A DNA stretch of 63,935 bases, filler included, from Octopus bimaculoides (lineage: Eukaryota): NCBI RefSeq assembly GCF_001194135.2. It is 8 parts of 8 records of this genome, joined end to end, with 100 filler letters (N's around TTAATTAATTAA, not from the genome) between each part and the next. Parts side by side here need not be neighbours in the genome. Positions count along the whole stretch, not along the records: positions 1 to 19,604 come from NC_069003.1; 7 more parts are not named here. One strand, written 5' to 3'. Both the position numbers and the translations under genes were made by a program. Below, one piece after another: positions 1 to 11,711 of the stretch. Position 1 is the first letter of the stretch, and each line of letters starts with the position of its first letter. The notes beneath the pieces were generated by a model. The model did not search any database. It worked only from the letters and a program-made list of their open reading frames with translations, and was not told the origin of the DNA.

Positions 1-719
1 ATATAAAACAAAGTTATTTTATTGCATACATGTAGAAATATAGAAAACATGTTGAAAATGCACTGGGATTTGTTTAGATTTTTTATTCCTAAATTTTTAA
101 AGATTTAACAAGTTTCACAGGTTTCTCTTGTTTTCAAAAATTGAAATAGAAAGATGTGGAGTTATGCTGCAACTGTATTACTTGGGAATGGAATTCAAAA
201 ACTGTCTTGTTTTTAAAGAGGGAACATGGTTCTGTTTTTAGATACACTTTGATTGGTCAAGGATTATCACATGATCAGGTTTAGAAATTTTTGCAAGTTC
301 TCTGTCACAGTTGAGTGAACATGTCTAGTGACAATTCAAGGCTGTCTGAACATTCTGTCAAATGTAGTAAAGGAAGATCATGTGATTAGTAATCTTAGAC
401 ATTTTTGTAGGTTCCCCACTATGTCCATGCATTAATATCATGTAACTATATTTTTTCTATAAAAATTAAGGATGACATGGTTGAGTGAACACATCTTGTG
501 ACAGTCCCAAAATAAGGGTCTCTAAATTTAATCTGTCAAGTGGTAGAGTGGACAGGAATTGTTTCTCTGTAGCTCAATGGCTGAATGGTTCTGATTTTTA
601 GGCATCAAATTTGTTCTCCGCTAAATTTAAATTTGTGCGTTAGTGTCATACAGAGAAAAGTCATGATTTTGTCCAAAGTATAGGTTACCAACATGTCAAG
701 CAGTAGAATGAGTTTGTGT

Positions 720-1112
720 GAATAGTTGTTCAGTCTTGGTTTGTATTTTTGAATGAATGTATTTTCTTTGTTTATCAGTGTTTAGTCTGTGATATTGACT
801 CAAAAAAGGTAAAGTGGAAATACTTGGAATTTGGGTGACTTATTTTTTGTACTTATGTCTATGTGTCTGCTTAGTAGTATCTGTCTAGTGGTGGGGGTCT
901 CGTATTTTTGTCAATGAATAGTTAGTCTATTTCTAAGAATGAGTTTTGTTTGAACTATATAATTCTTGTTACATCCTTTACATTTAATAGCATATATCAA
1001 ATTTTTTTATGAAAAGGTAAAATGATTTTTTTATGGTAAAAATGTGTCCTGATTTAAATTTATATGTTTTGTCTTCAATGAGGTTGATGCAAGACCCTCA
1101 ATTAGGGTGGCC
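720..1112 (-). mobile_element. Penelope-like element relic, GIY-YIG endonuclease C-terminus
   Basis: Hand translation of the minus strand gives LIYAIKCKGCNKNYIVQTKLILRNRLTIH (about 1000-915) and LINKENTFIQKYKPRLN (about 775-728). This matches the PLE GIY-YIG pattern IYxIxCxxCxxxYIGQT..LRxR..H...ExxxI..L. Stops and frameshifts are present; the 5' side is lost in an N gap. Confidence 0.8.
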
Positions 1113-1479
1113 ATATATNNNNNNNNNNNNNNNNNNNNNNNNNNNNNNNNNNNNNNNNNNNNNNNNNNNNNNNNNNNNNNNNNNNNNNNNNNNNNNNNNN
1201 NNNNNNNNNNNNNNNNNNNNNNNNNNNNNNNNNNNNNNNNNNNNNNNNNNNNNNNNNNNNNNNNNNNNNNNNNNNNNNNNNNNNNNNNNNNNNNNNNNNN
1301 NNATAATGTTATATCTGGGGAGAGTCATACTGTCTTAATGCTTTATTATCTAACACACTCACCAGTTCGATTTCCACTCATTTATTATTTATAATTTTTC
1401 TTCCAAAATTTTCATTGACTTTTACAACCTTGTCAATGGATGTTGACTCTGTCCATTACTGGAGCTGTGTTCTTTTTTA

Positions 1480-2130
1480 TTTGTGCATATGTGGAAACCA
1501 AGAAGAGCATAATGGAAAGCATCCAGCATGTAGCTAACTCCATCCACCAAAGTATCAAGGTAACTATAGATTACCCCACTAGGCACCCTAACAATAGACT
1601 TCTTGTCCTTGATACTGAACTTTAGTTAGAAACTGTAAATAACAGAGTGAAACTCCTTCACTCTGTTACATGAAACCCATAGCTTCTAAATGTTTTGTTC
1701 ACAGGAATTCAGCTTTGTCACACAATATGAAAATCAACAAAATGTCCTGTCTACTTTCTGGTCGATGTCTTGCAGTAAATGTTGTTTACAAATGTAATGT
1801 TGTGACGGAGACCAATACTTACACTTATATTGGCTGTTCTGTAAATCTCAAGGAGTGCTTACATAACCACTATTCTTCTCTTATATTAAAACATAGGGCA
1901 AGCATGGCTTCTCTAGCCATGAAGATTTGGGAGCTCAAGGGCAACAATGTTAAATTTGATTTGAGTTGGGACATCATTAGGATCACTAAACCATACTCGA
2001 ACAGCAGATACGGGTGAAGGCTTTGCCGCATGGAGCTGTTTGAAATTTCAAAGAGATCAAATAAGTAAAAATGTCATAAATAATAAACTAGACCTTCATC
2101 TTTCCTGTATACATAAGGATACCAGCACCT
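1480..2130 (+). mobile_element. Penelope-like element relic (RT thumb plus GIY-YIG), internally deleted
   Basis: ORF fragments SIKVTIDYPTRHPNNRLLVLD, MKPIASKCFVHRNSAL, GRCLAVNVVYKC..TYIGCS..LKE..HNHYSS and SLAMKIWELK..SWDII resemble PLE RT thumb and GIY-YIG motifs. Confidence 0.8.
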
Positions 2131-2202
2131 TTAAAGATTTTAAGGACATTAAACAACCTCTATAATAACTCCTAACTTAGGGCCAATCTAATTTACTCCC
2201 TC

Positions 2203-4330
2203 TATTGTTGACCTTTTCTTGGTAAATATAGTCTTGTTACTTCTGCCCTTGGGTGGAGTCCTCCATTCATACTGAATTCCTTCCTGGTTCTTCTGTCTAA
2301 CTTTGCTAATTCAGTTTTTGTCCAATCTACGAAAGCTGCTGAATATCTAAGTAACAATACTGCCCAAGTATTTACATCCGTCACTAGATTCAGACCATTT
2401 AGCTTCGACTTCATTAGCTTCCTCACCCTTCTGATGTACTCCTTCTCAATTTTTGTTTTCATTTCTATAGTTACTACTCTGTCAGATCCTTATACTCCTA
2501 AATACTTATAACTCTCTTCTCCTTTCAATGATTTTAATGTCTGGCCATCTAGTAACTGGATGCCTTCACTATTGACAACCTGTTCCCTCCTCATGACTAA
2601 TATTGCACACTTTTCTATGCCAAATTCCGTGACTGTATCTTTGCTGAAGAGTCTTACAGTCTGTATTAAGGAATCTATCTCTTTCATTCTTACTAAAAAG
2701 TTTCAGATCATCCATGTAGAGTAAATGATTAATTTTTCCCTTGCTATTTCTGAAATGATACCCTGCCTTTGCCTTCCTTAATACTTAACAGAGGGGGATC
2801 AAACATAAGACAAATATTAAAGACAAGTCCCTCTGGAAAATTCCTCTTTTGATATTAACTTTCCCTAAGAGTGTGTCACCTGAGTAGAAATTTACTTTCC
2901 ATTTCTTCATGCTAAAGCTAATTAATTCTCTTATGTTGTCTTCAGACTGAATATACTCAAACAGTCACTTATCCATGAGTGTGGGATCATGTCATAGGCT
3001 TTCTTATAATCTATCCATGCTATTGTTAGATTTTTCTTTCTCGCTTTTACTTCATTTTCATTTAGACCTGCTTTGTCTATGTATAATATATCATGCATTC
3101 CTCTAGCCTTCTTCCTGTAATCTTTCTGTTCTTCTGGTAATAAATTCTGATTATCAAGGTGCTCATAAGTGCTTTCTGAAAGCATTCCTGTTAACAGCTT
3201 CCACACTAATGGTACCCTTGCTCTTATCCTTCATAATGAGTATTATCCTTCCTCTAGTCATCCAGTCTGGTATTATTCTTCCATTAAGGCAATCCTGAAG
3301 TTGTTCCCCTCAGCTTCCCATGTAAGCTGCTAAATTTCTTTAACCAGTACCCTTGAACTAAATCTGGTCCTCGGCCCTTCCAATTTGGCATTATGTACCA
3401 GTTAGTCTTAGGTCTGGCTGCTTCTCACTCACTATTTTTTCCCTCACTTTCTTTAACCATACTGCATCTCCATTATGCTTGACTGGCTTATCTCAAATAT
3501 TATTCCAGAACTTTCTAGCTTCTTCTGCATTAGGTTTCTCATATTCAGTACTTCATTCTCCACTATTTATTTGGTTATAAAATCTCCTTTGGTCTGTCTC
3601 AAATAATTTATTCTGTAGATACTGATCTTTTCTTTTCTGATATCTGGAGAGCTTGCCTACTATTGCTATGATATGCTGTTTCAACTCTTCTATTACTGTC
3701 CCAAATCCTTTCTCCGTGACTAAGTATCTTTTCTCAAGGGAAGATTTGCATCTTGTGTTTCGTAACTTGTTCAGTTTCCAAGCTTCTATTCTACTCAGAT
3801 CTTGTCTTAAAGTCTTCACTTTATTTTGTAGTCTCCTTTTCCATATTTGTTCATTTTTAATCTTTCTCTGTGAGATATCTAATCCTCTGGTGACTACTAC
3901 CCCTCCTGCATAGATCAATAAGTTAGTGTCTTCTATATTTTTAACATCTATCCTACTGATAACAGATTCTACTTTCCTAGTCAGTTCTTGTAGCTTCCTT
4001 CTGTTGATGCTTTTTAATGCTGGCAATCTTTTTCTTACTTCTTTACTCATTATTTCCTGCAACTCATCTAAAATCTTCTGATCTTCCTCACTTCAATGAC
4101 TTAAGTCGTTGGTGCCAGTTGTCCCTTCCTTATTGGTAGTGCTATTATTATTTTTTCCTTTAAGTTCTTCTTTGGTTTGAGCTGTATCTCTTATGTTGTT
4201 GTTTGTCTTTCCGTTTCTACTGCCTGGTCTTTCTTTTCCATTTCCCTTGTGATCCCTTCTATCTCCAATTTTGTCATTCACTTTCTTCTCCCAATAGCAT
4301 TAGCTTGATTCACTAATCACTGCTCAGTCA
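2203..4330 (-). mobile_element. R4/Dong-like (RLE-clade) non-LTR retrotransposon relic: N-terminal region and RT
   Basis: WKLLTG..LLPEEQK..AWIDYKKAYDMIPHSWI (2931-3206), INHLLYMDDLKLF (YMDD at 2707-2718), FGIEKCA, YKYLGV and KEYIRRVRKL..RLYLPRKG. Frameshifted; the 3' end with the endonuclease is missing. Confidence 0.88.
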
Positions 4331-4444
4331 CTTTAAACATACCCTTCTCTACCCAAAGTGTTAACATCTGTTTTCTATAGCCCCTTCTTTTAGGTTCACT
4401 TCCTAAGTAGTACTGCATCACTATCCTGCATGACCTTGCAGTGA

Positions 4445-5690
4445 AGGCGGCAAACTGGCAGAATTGTTAGCAAACCAAGCAAAGTGCTTAGCAGCATTTT
4501 GTTCGTCTTTATGTTCTGAATTCAAATTCCACCAAGGTTGACTTTGCCTTACATCCTTTCAGGGTCGATGAAATAAGTACCAGTTGAGCACTGGGGTTGA
4601 TGTAATCAACTAGTCCCCTCCCTGTAATTTCATACCTTGTGCCTATAGTAGAAAGGATTATTAAAACAGTCAATTAGCACAGCTGTCAGAACATTAAACA
4701 AAGTACCTGGTGATATTGGTTCTGATTTTTAACTTCTTAAGTTCAAATCTCATTGAAGTTAACTTTGCTTTTCATTTTTTAAGGGTTGATAAAACAGAGT
4801 ATCAGTCATATACTGGAGTTGATAATATCAACTAACTGCCTTCTTTTAAAATTGCTGGCTTTGAGCTCAAATCAGAAACAAAAACAATTATTGTTGTTGT
4901 TGTTATTTTTCAGTAAGCTAAGGCGGTGAGCTGGCAGAATCATTAGTAGTCAGGTAAAATGTTTAGTAGCATTTCGTCCATCTTTACAATCATAAGTTTA
5001 AATTCTGCTGAGGTCGACTTTGCCTTTCACCCTTTTGGGGTTGATAAAATATGTACCAGTAATGAGATTGATGTAATTAACTTATCCTTCCCCCTCAAAA
5101 TTACTGGCCTTGTGCCAAAATTTGAAACCAATATTTAAAGCAATCTCAAGGCAAGAAGCTGGCAGAATTGTTAGCACGCTGGGCAAAATACTTACATTCT
5201 GAGTTCAAATTCTGCCAAGGTTGATTTTACTTTTCAGTCTTTCAAGATTGATAAAATAATTACTATTTGAGCAATGGGGAAGGGGGGGTCAATGTAGTCA
5301 ACTTACCTTTCCCCACAAACTTATTGGCCTTGTGCTAAAATTTGAAACCATTATTACTCTGCAAGCAGGCAGAATCATTAGAGTACCATGAAAAATGTCT
5401 TGTGCTATTTCTTCTAACTCTATACATTCTGAGTTCAAATCTCGTCAAAGTCAACTAAACCATTCATCATTCCTTGTGAAGTCATTAATGTAAAGTACCA
5501 GTTAAGTAGTCCTCTCAACATTGCTGGTCCTGAACTTAAATCTCAGCTATAAAGGTGTCAATATGGCAGAAGCATTAGAGCATCAGAAAAGTACCTAGCA
5601 GTATTTTTTTCCAGCTTTTTACCTTCTGAGATCAAATCCCACCAGGGTTAACTTCACTTTCATTCCTCCAAGAAAATTCTGACCATTTGT
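4445..5690 (+). mobile_element. Head-to-tail cluster of about six diverged tRNA-derived SINE copies
   Basis: The module ggcggYgagctggcagaa..ttagc..gagttcaaat..gtYRactttgcctttca..gataaa..agtaccag recurs at about 4445, 4670, 4920, 5148, 5365 and 5560, all in the same orientation. Confidence 0.75.
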
Positions 5691-5841
5691 GTCCTAATGT
5701 TCTACTGTGATTAGATTGTAGTTTCTCTTGCAATTTGGATATACCAACCACTGTAATTTATTACATTGAGTGTGAAACAACATGCACACGCACGCACGCA
5801 TGCACACACATTTGTCAGACTTCTTTCACTTTCCATCGACC

Positions 5842-5900
<59 letters not shown>

Positions 5901-5910
5901 TGCATATATA

Positions 5911-6794
5911 CAAGGTGTGGTGAATAAACTGTCATCTAAATTATGCAATAGTGAAAATAACACTGACATTTCATTTTAACAGATATATTTACCAAAATTA
6001 CATAAAAATATCTTAAGAGTGAATTTACATAAATTACATGAAATTACATAAAAATATCTGAAGAGTGAATTTATTCAATCAAATCACCATTGGTTTCAAC
6101 CACAGCCTCCAGACGACTTTGGAATCTCCTGCAACTCTTCTGGACAGTCTCCTTGTTTAAGCTGGTGAATGCTACCATAATTCTTGCCTTCAGTTCATCT
6201 TTGGTGTCGCAAGGAGTTTTGTTGGCCTCTTGCTCAAATGTGTACCATACATAATAATCAAGGGGGTTGCAGTCTTGGGAGGTAGGGGGCCAGATGTTAA
6301 AGGGGATGTGATCACAAAAATTGTTTGACAGCCACGACTGGGTTCTCCTGCTTGTGTGACATGATGCAGAGTTATGTTGCCAGATATAGGGTCTTCCAGC
6401 AGCCAACTCTTTGACCCAGGGCAGCATTACCTCCTCCAGGCACTTGATGTAGGCCCGTGTTGAGTTTGATGTCGTGTGGGAAGATGAATGAAGGCATAAC
6501 ATTGCCATCACTAATGATCACTCCATGTTTGATTTTTATCACACTCGGTATGTGTCCTCGGATTGACACCCAGACACTCTGAAATGTTTGTATTGGAGCT
6601 TCCGGCACAAATGCCAAGCAGCACAGCAAGTCATTTCTAAATTTCTGGTAGAGTAAACTGTGTCATGGTGCTGTTTTTCTCACAGATGGCACCCAACTGA
6701 CCCTACTGTACCGTATAGTCGACAAAATCAAAAACAAACAATGCGCATGCGTGAAATTAATATAAAATGGTGACAATTTACCCATCACAACCTG
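5911..6794 (-). mobile_element. maT/DD37D Tc1-mariner deletion derivative
   Basis: Transposase C-terminus IWQHNSASCHTSRRTQSWL..WPPTSQDCNPLDYYVW has 37 residues between the second catalytic position (mutated D>N) and the last D. Imperfect TIRs: caaggtgtggtgaataaactgtcatc at 5911 and the reverse complement caggttgtgatgggtaaattgtcacc ending 6794. TA on both flanks. Confidence 0.85.
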
Positions 6795-7629
6795 TATATA
6801 TGCATATATATATATATATATATATATANNNNNNNNNNNNNNNNNNNNNNNNNNNNNNNNNNNNNNNNNNNNNNNNNNNNNNNNNNNNNNNNNNNNNNNN
6901 NNNNNNNNNNNNNNNNNNNNNNNNNNNNNNNNNNNNNNNNNNNNNNNNNNNNNNNNNNNNNNNNNNNNNNNNNNNNNNNNNNNNNNNNNNNNNNNNNNNN
7001 NNNNNNNNNNNNNNNNNNNNNNNNNNNNNNNNNNNNNNNNNNNNNNNNNNNNNNNNNNNNNNNNNNNNNNNNNNNNNNNNNNNNNNNNNNNNNNNNNNNN
7101 NNNNNNNNNNNNNNNNNNNNNNNNNNNNNNNNNNNNNNNNNNNNNNNNNNNNNNNNNNNNNNNNNNNNNNNNNNNNNNNNNNNNNNNNNNNNNNNNNNNN
7201 NNNNNNNNNNNNNNNNNNNNNNNNNNNNNNNNNNNNNNNNNNNNNNNNNNNNNNNNNNNNNNNNNNNNNNNNNNNNNNNNNNNNNNNNNNNNNNNNNNNN
7301 NNNNNNNNNNNNNNNNNNNNNNNNNNNNNNNNNNNNNNNNNNNNNNNNNNTATATATATATATATATACGTATGTATATATGTGTATATGTCTATATCTA
7401 TCTATCTATCTATATATATATATATATATATATATATGCCTATCTCTCTCTTTTTGTATATACATATATTTACACACACACACATGCACGTGTACACACA
7501 CACAAATATATTAGCAAGTTACAAAAGAGATTGACATTTTATGCAAATGCCTAAATAGATTAACCGACTGACAACAAGCAGATTTAGAGGATTTCACTAG
7601 ACTCTGATAATCCAGTGTTAATTTGAAGT

Positions 7630-7865
7630 AAACCAAACAACATGAACAACATAATCATCATCAACATCATCACCAGCATAATCATCATAATCATTATAAT
7701 CAACATCATCATCATCACCATTATCAACAACAGCATCAACATCATTAACATCATTACCATCAATACCATCATTAACATAAACATCATTATAGTTATCATC
7801 AACAACAACATTAGTATCCTCAACATGAACTAACAATACCAATATCATTATTAACAGCAACAATA
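7630..7865. repeat. Imperfect (CAT/CAA/AAT)n low-complexity tract
   Basis: Directly visible trinucleotide-periodic sequence; explains the poly-I/N and poly-M/D pseudo-ORFs. Confidence 0.85.
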
Positions 7866-8055
7866 TATTTCAAAAAAGCAACAAAACGCTTCACAACAAC
7901 AAACTACGTTAATGGTTACTTGCTTACAAATTATCAAGAATCATTGTTTTATTTTTATTTTTATATCTTACTGGTATTGTTGGTGGTTATGTAGGTGTCA
8001 ATGATAAAACACACACACACATACATCCACCCACCCCATACACAAGCACACATTC

Positions 8056-8113
<58 letters not shown>

Positions 8114-8635
8114 TCAATTATTTACATTTTATATGTGAATATGTGTGCATATATATATATATAACATGATAGTTTTTCAAATCATTACTTTGATCTTAAC
8201 TAAAATGCAAATGGCCACTGAGCTAAGAAAAAGATGTAGTTTTAAATTGTTAATAATTTAAAACTACACAATACAAGTTTCTATAAGAGTGAAATTACAG
8301 ACCATACCCCAAAATCGATAGTCATACTNNNNNNNNNNNNNNNNNNNNNNNNNNNNNNNNNNNNNNNNNNNNNNNNNNNNNNNNNNNNNNNNNNNNNNNN
8401 NNNNNNNNNNNNNNNNNNNNNNNNNNNNNNNNNNNNNNNNNNNNNNNNNNNNNNNNNNNNNNNNNNNNNNNNNNNNNNNNNNNNNNNNNNNNNNNNNNNN
8501 NNNNNNNNNNNNNNNNNNNNNNNNNNNNNNNNNNNNNNNNNNNNNNNNNNNNNNNNNNNNNNNNNNNNNNNNNNNNNNNNNNNNNNNNNNNNNNNNATCA
8601 TACTTTATTTAAGGGATTCTTTCAGTTCTGTATGA

Positions 8636-9172
8636 ATGTATATGAATAAAAATCATTGGCAGAATCAATTTATGAGACCATTAAATTTCATCAAATATAT
8701 GGAACTGGTTTTGATGGTAATATGGATTATTTATTTGATTTAATCAGACAGCTGTTTCTGTTGCAAAAGACCATATTTCGGGTATAAAATTGAAGAGGAG
8801 GTTTTTCAACAAAACTAATATACATTATTATATTAAGTCATTTAGAACTCATCAGTGGATTAAATATATTAATATTTAATCTTAGTATCTTTAGTTTTCT
8901 TCTTAAAATATTTAATTCTTCTTAAAATATTCAGTTATTATCCAGTGATGAGTTCCAAATAACTTAATATAATAATGTGTATTACTTTTGTTCAAATACT
9001 TATTCCTCAATTATATACCTGAAATATGGTCTTTTGCAACAGTAACAGCTGTCTGGTTAAATTAAATAAATAATCCATATTACCATCAAAACCTGTCCCA
9101 TTTATTTGATGACATTTATTGGACTCCATCATATAAATTGATTCTTCCAATGATTTTTATTTATATGTACAT
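8636..9172. mobile_element. Foldback element with about 230-bp inverted arms, each carrying a degenerate hammerhead-like motif (probably PLE terminal-repeat derived)
   Basis: 8636-8865 is the diverged reverse complement of about 8938-9172 (for example cagacagctgtttctgttgcaaaagaccatatttc versus gaaatatggtcttttgcaacagtaacagctgtctg). The left arm on the minus strand has atttaatcca-CTGATGAG...GAAACAGCTGTC-tgattaaat. Confidence 0.7.
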
Positions 9173-9180
9173 ATATATAC

Positions 9181-9212
<32 letters not shown>

Positions 9213-9936
9213 ANNNNNNNNNNNNNNNNNNNNNNNNNNNNNNNNNNNNNNNNNNNNNNNNNNNNNNNNNNNNNNNNNNNNNNNNNNNNNNNNNNNNNNN
9301 NNNNNNNNNNNNNNNNNNNNNNNNNNNNNNNNNNNNNNNNNNNNNNNNNNNNNNNNNNNNNNNNNNNNNNNNNNNNNNNNNNNNNNNNNNNNNNNNNNNN
9401 NNNNNNNNNNNNNNNNNNNNNNNNNNNNNNNNNNNNNNNNNNNNNNNNNNNNNNNNNNNNNNNNNNNNNNNNNNNNNNNNNNNNNNNNNNNNNNNNNNNN
9501 NNNNNNNNNNNNNNNNNNNNNNNNNNNNNNNNNNNNNNNNNNNNNNNNNNNNNNNNNNNNNNNNNNNNNNNNNNNNNNNNNNNNNNNNNNNNNNNNNNNN
9601 NNNNNNNNNNNNNNNNNNNNNNNNNNNNNNNNNNNNNNNNNNNNNNNNNNNNNNNNNNNNNNNNNNNNNNNNNNNNNNNNNNNNNNNNNNNNNNNNNNNN
9701 NNNNNNNNNNNNNNNNNNNNNNNNNNNNNNNNNNNNNNNNNNNNNNNNNNNNNNNNNNNNNNNNNNNNNNNNNNNNNNNNNTATATATATATATATATAT
9801 ATACACATATATATATATATATATATATAGCTGAAATTTACAGAAAAACAAAAGATGAAGACAGGTGTATAAGCAACAAACAGATGTATTAGTTTGACGC
9901 TCGGGAATATATGTACATGGGGATCAAAACAGTTTG

Positions 9937-10003
9937 ATTCAAATTCGTTGGTACTCCGAGAGTGTCAAGTGTGATGCTAATCTTCAGCCTTTCTGGATTT
10001 GAA
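9937..10003 (-). ncRNA. Second, mutated copy of the hammerhead motif
   Basis: Reverse complement reads aaatccagaaagg-CTGAAGA-ttagcatcacactt-GACA-ctc-tcg-gag-TA-ccaac-gaatttgaat; the core GAAA is changed to GACA. Confidence 0.55.
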
Positions 10004-11508
10004 AGAAAAAAGTTCATTGTTATTACTGTAAGGTGGGCTGCAATTGGTTGAGGAAGGTCACATGTTGTCGTGGCTTGATGTTGGTATAATCATATATCAG
10101 TGATGACAGTTAGTTGGAAAACACTACATGATGAACAGGAAATTGACTGCATGGTGGACAGGAAATCGGTCAGGTTGTTGGAGGGGAGGTAGGAAGGGGT
10201 GGTATGCGCAAGTATATAGTTGTATATGTGAGTGTGTGTATGCACTCATATAGTTTTCTGTGCATGTCTGTATTGATGCAAGCATGCACATCTGTACATG
10301 GGCATGCATGTGCATGCCCACACATGCACACACACTCACACACACATATGAACAGATATGCATGTGTGCACATGCACACATACATGCACGCACACATGCA
10401 TACACATGAGCACACACACACACACATATCCACACATGTGTATTCATTCATATTAGTGTACACATGCACATACATGAGTATACATGTGCATAACGAACAT
10501 TGGAGATTGGTAAGTATTGGGAATTGGTAAGTGTTGGGGATTGATAAGTGTTGGGGATTGGTAAATGGCGGTCCTGCTCATGGAGTTGGTTGGTGACAGT
10601 GACCTTGGTGCAGAGTAGCAGCTGGTACTTAAGGTGGTAAATCCGGGTTGTTGGCAGTTAGAGGCTTGAAATTTGCCAGAAGAGCATACCACTGGTGACA
10701 GCAATAAGATAAATCATATTTCTTATTGATGGATACTATGGGTTACTGGAGGATATGCAGTTTTTCACAGAGGCAGAGCTGGCAGTTGGGGTCACCGAGT
10801 ACATATGGTCGCACTCTGTTGACAACAGTCCACTTGATGCTAGGTGTTTCGTCTTGGAGGTCACAGAGTCTCCAGAGAAAACGAGACAGGGAAGTAGAGT
10901 TCTCTCCCTGGATCTGAATAAGCACATATGCTGGGAATATCTTCCCTTGAAGTCATTGGCTGTTATACCTGTATAGTGTCTGGTAATACCATCAGATGGT
11001 GTAAGGGTGGTTCTGTAGACTATGGCCCTTGAGAGGCAGGATCCTTCTAGAGGGTACATGGTGGGTTTTGATGGTTGCAGGTTGGGGTTGTGTGTGGTGC
11101 AGGTACATTTTTATGTCTGTTGATGTGTGCGATGTTGGAGGCAATGTTGTCTAAGCAGGAGTAGCTCACCTTGACATTATGAGGGTTGAAGATGCATACA
11201 GATGTGCATGCTTGCATCAATACAGACATGCACACAAAACCATATGAGTGCATCCACACACCCACATATACAACTATATACTTGTGCATACAGCCCCTTT
11301 CACCCCCGCCAGCAACCTCACCAATTTCCTGTCCACCATGCAGTTGATTACCTGTCCACCATGTGATCGATTTTCTGTTCACCATGCAGTGTTTTCCAAT
11401 TGACTGTCATCACTGATATACGGTTATGCCAACATCAAACCATGACACCACATGACCTTCATCAACTAATTGCAGCACACCTTACGATAATAACAATGAA
11501 CATCTTTC

Positions 11509-11576
11509 ATTCAAATTCAAAATGGCTGATGATTAGCATCACACTTGAAACTCTTGGAGTACCAGTGAATTTGAAT
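11509..11576 (+). ncRNA. Minimal type I hammerhead ribozyme motif in the PLE inverted pLTR
   Basis: attcaaattc-aaaatgg-CTGATGA(11526-11532)-ttagcatcacactt-GAAA(11547-11550)-ctc-ttg-gag-TA(11561)-cca-gt-gaatttgaat. Stem I (attcaaattc/gaatttgaat and tgg/cca) and stem III (ctc/gag) pair, giving a GUA cleavage triplet; stem II is weak. Confidence 0.65.
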
Positions 11577-11659
11577 CAAACTGTTTTGATCCATACATGT
11601 AACTCCTAATAAATATGTTGAGGGCCCTTCTTTCATTTGTCGACTCAATTGGATGTATG

Positions 11660-11710
<51 letters not shown>

Positions 11711-11711
11711 C

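Larger units (their letters stand above)
9910..11600 (-). mobile_element. 5'-truncated Penelope-like element with inverted pLTR
   Basis: Minus-strand IFNPHNVKVSYSCLDNIAS, YPLEGSCLSRAIVYRTTLT..HYTGITANDFKGRYSQH and STSLSRFLWRL..CQLCLCEKLHIL form a GIY-YIG domain. The 3' region 9915-10295 recurs inverted at 11196-11598, abutting the 5' truncation point. Confidence 0.88.

Noticed and set aside
290-560. About 170-bp-period direct repeat (ttgagtgaac..gtgaca) downstream of the first PLE as tandem hammerheads
   Set aside because: The repeat is visible but no CUGANGA/GAAA core could be placed.
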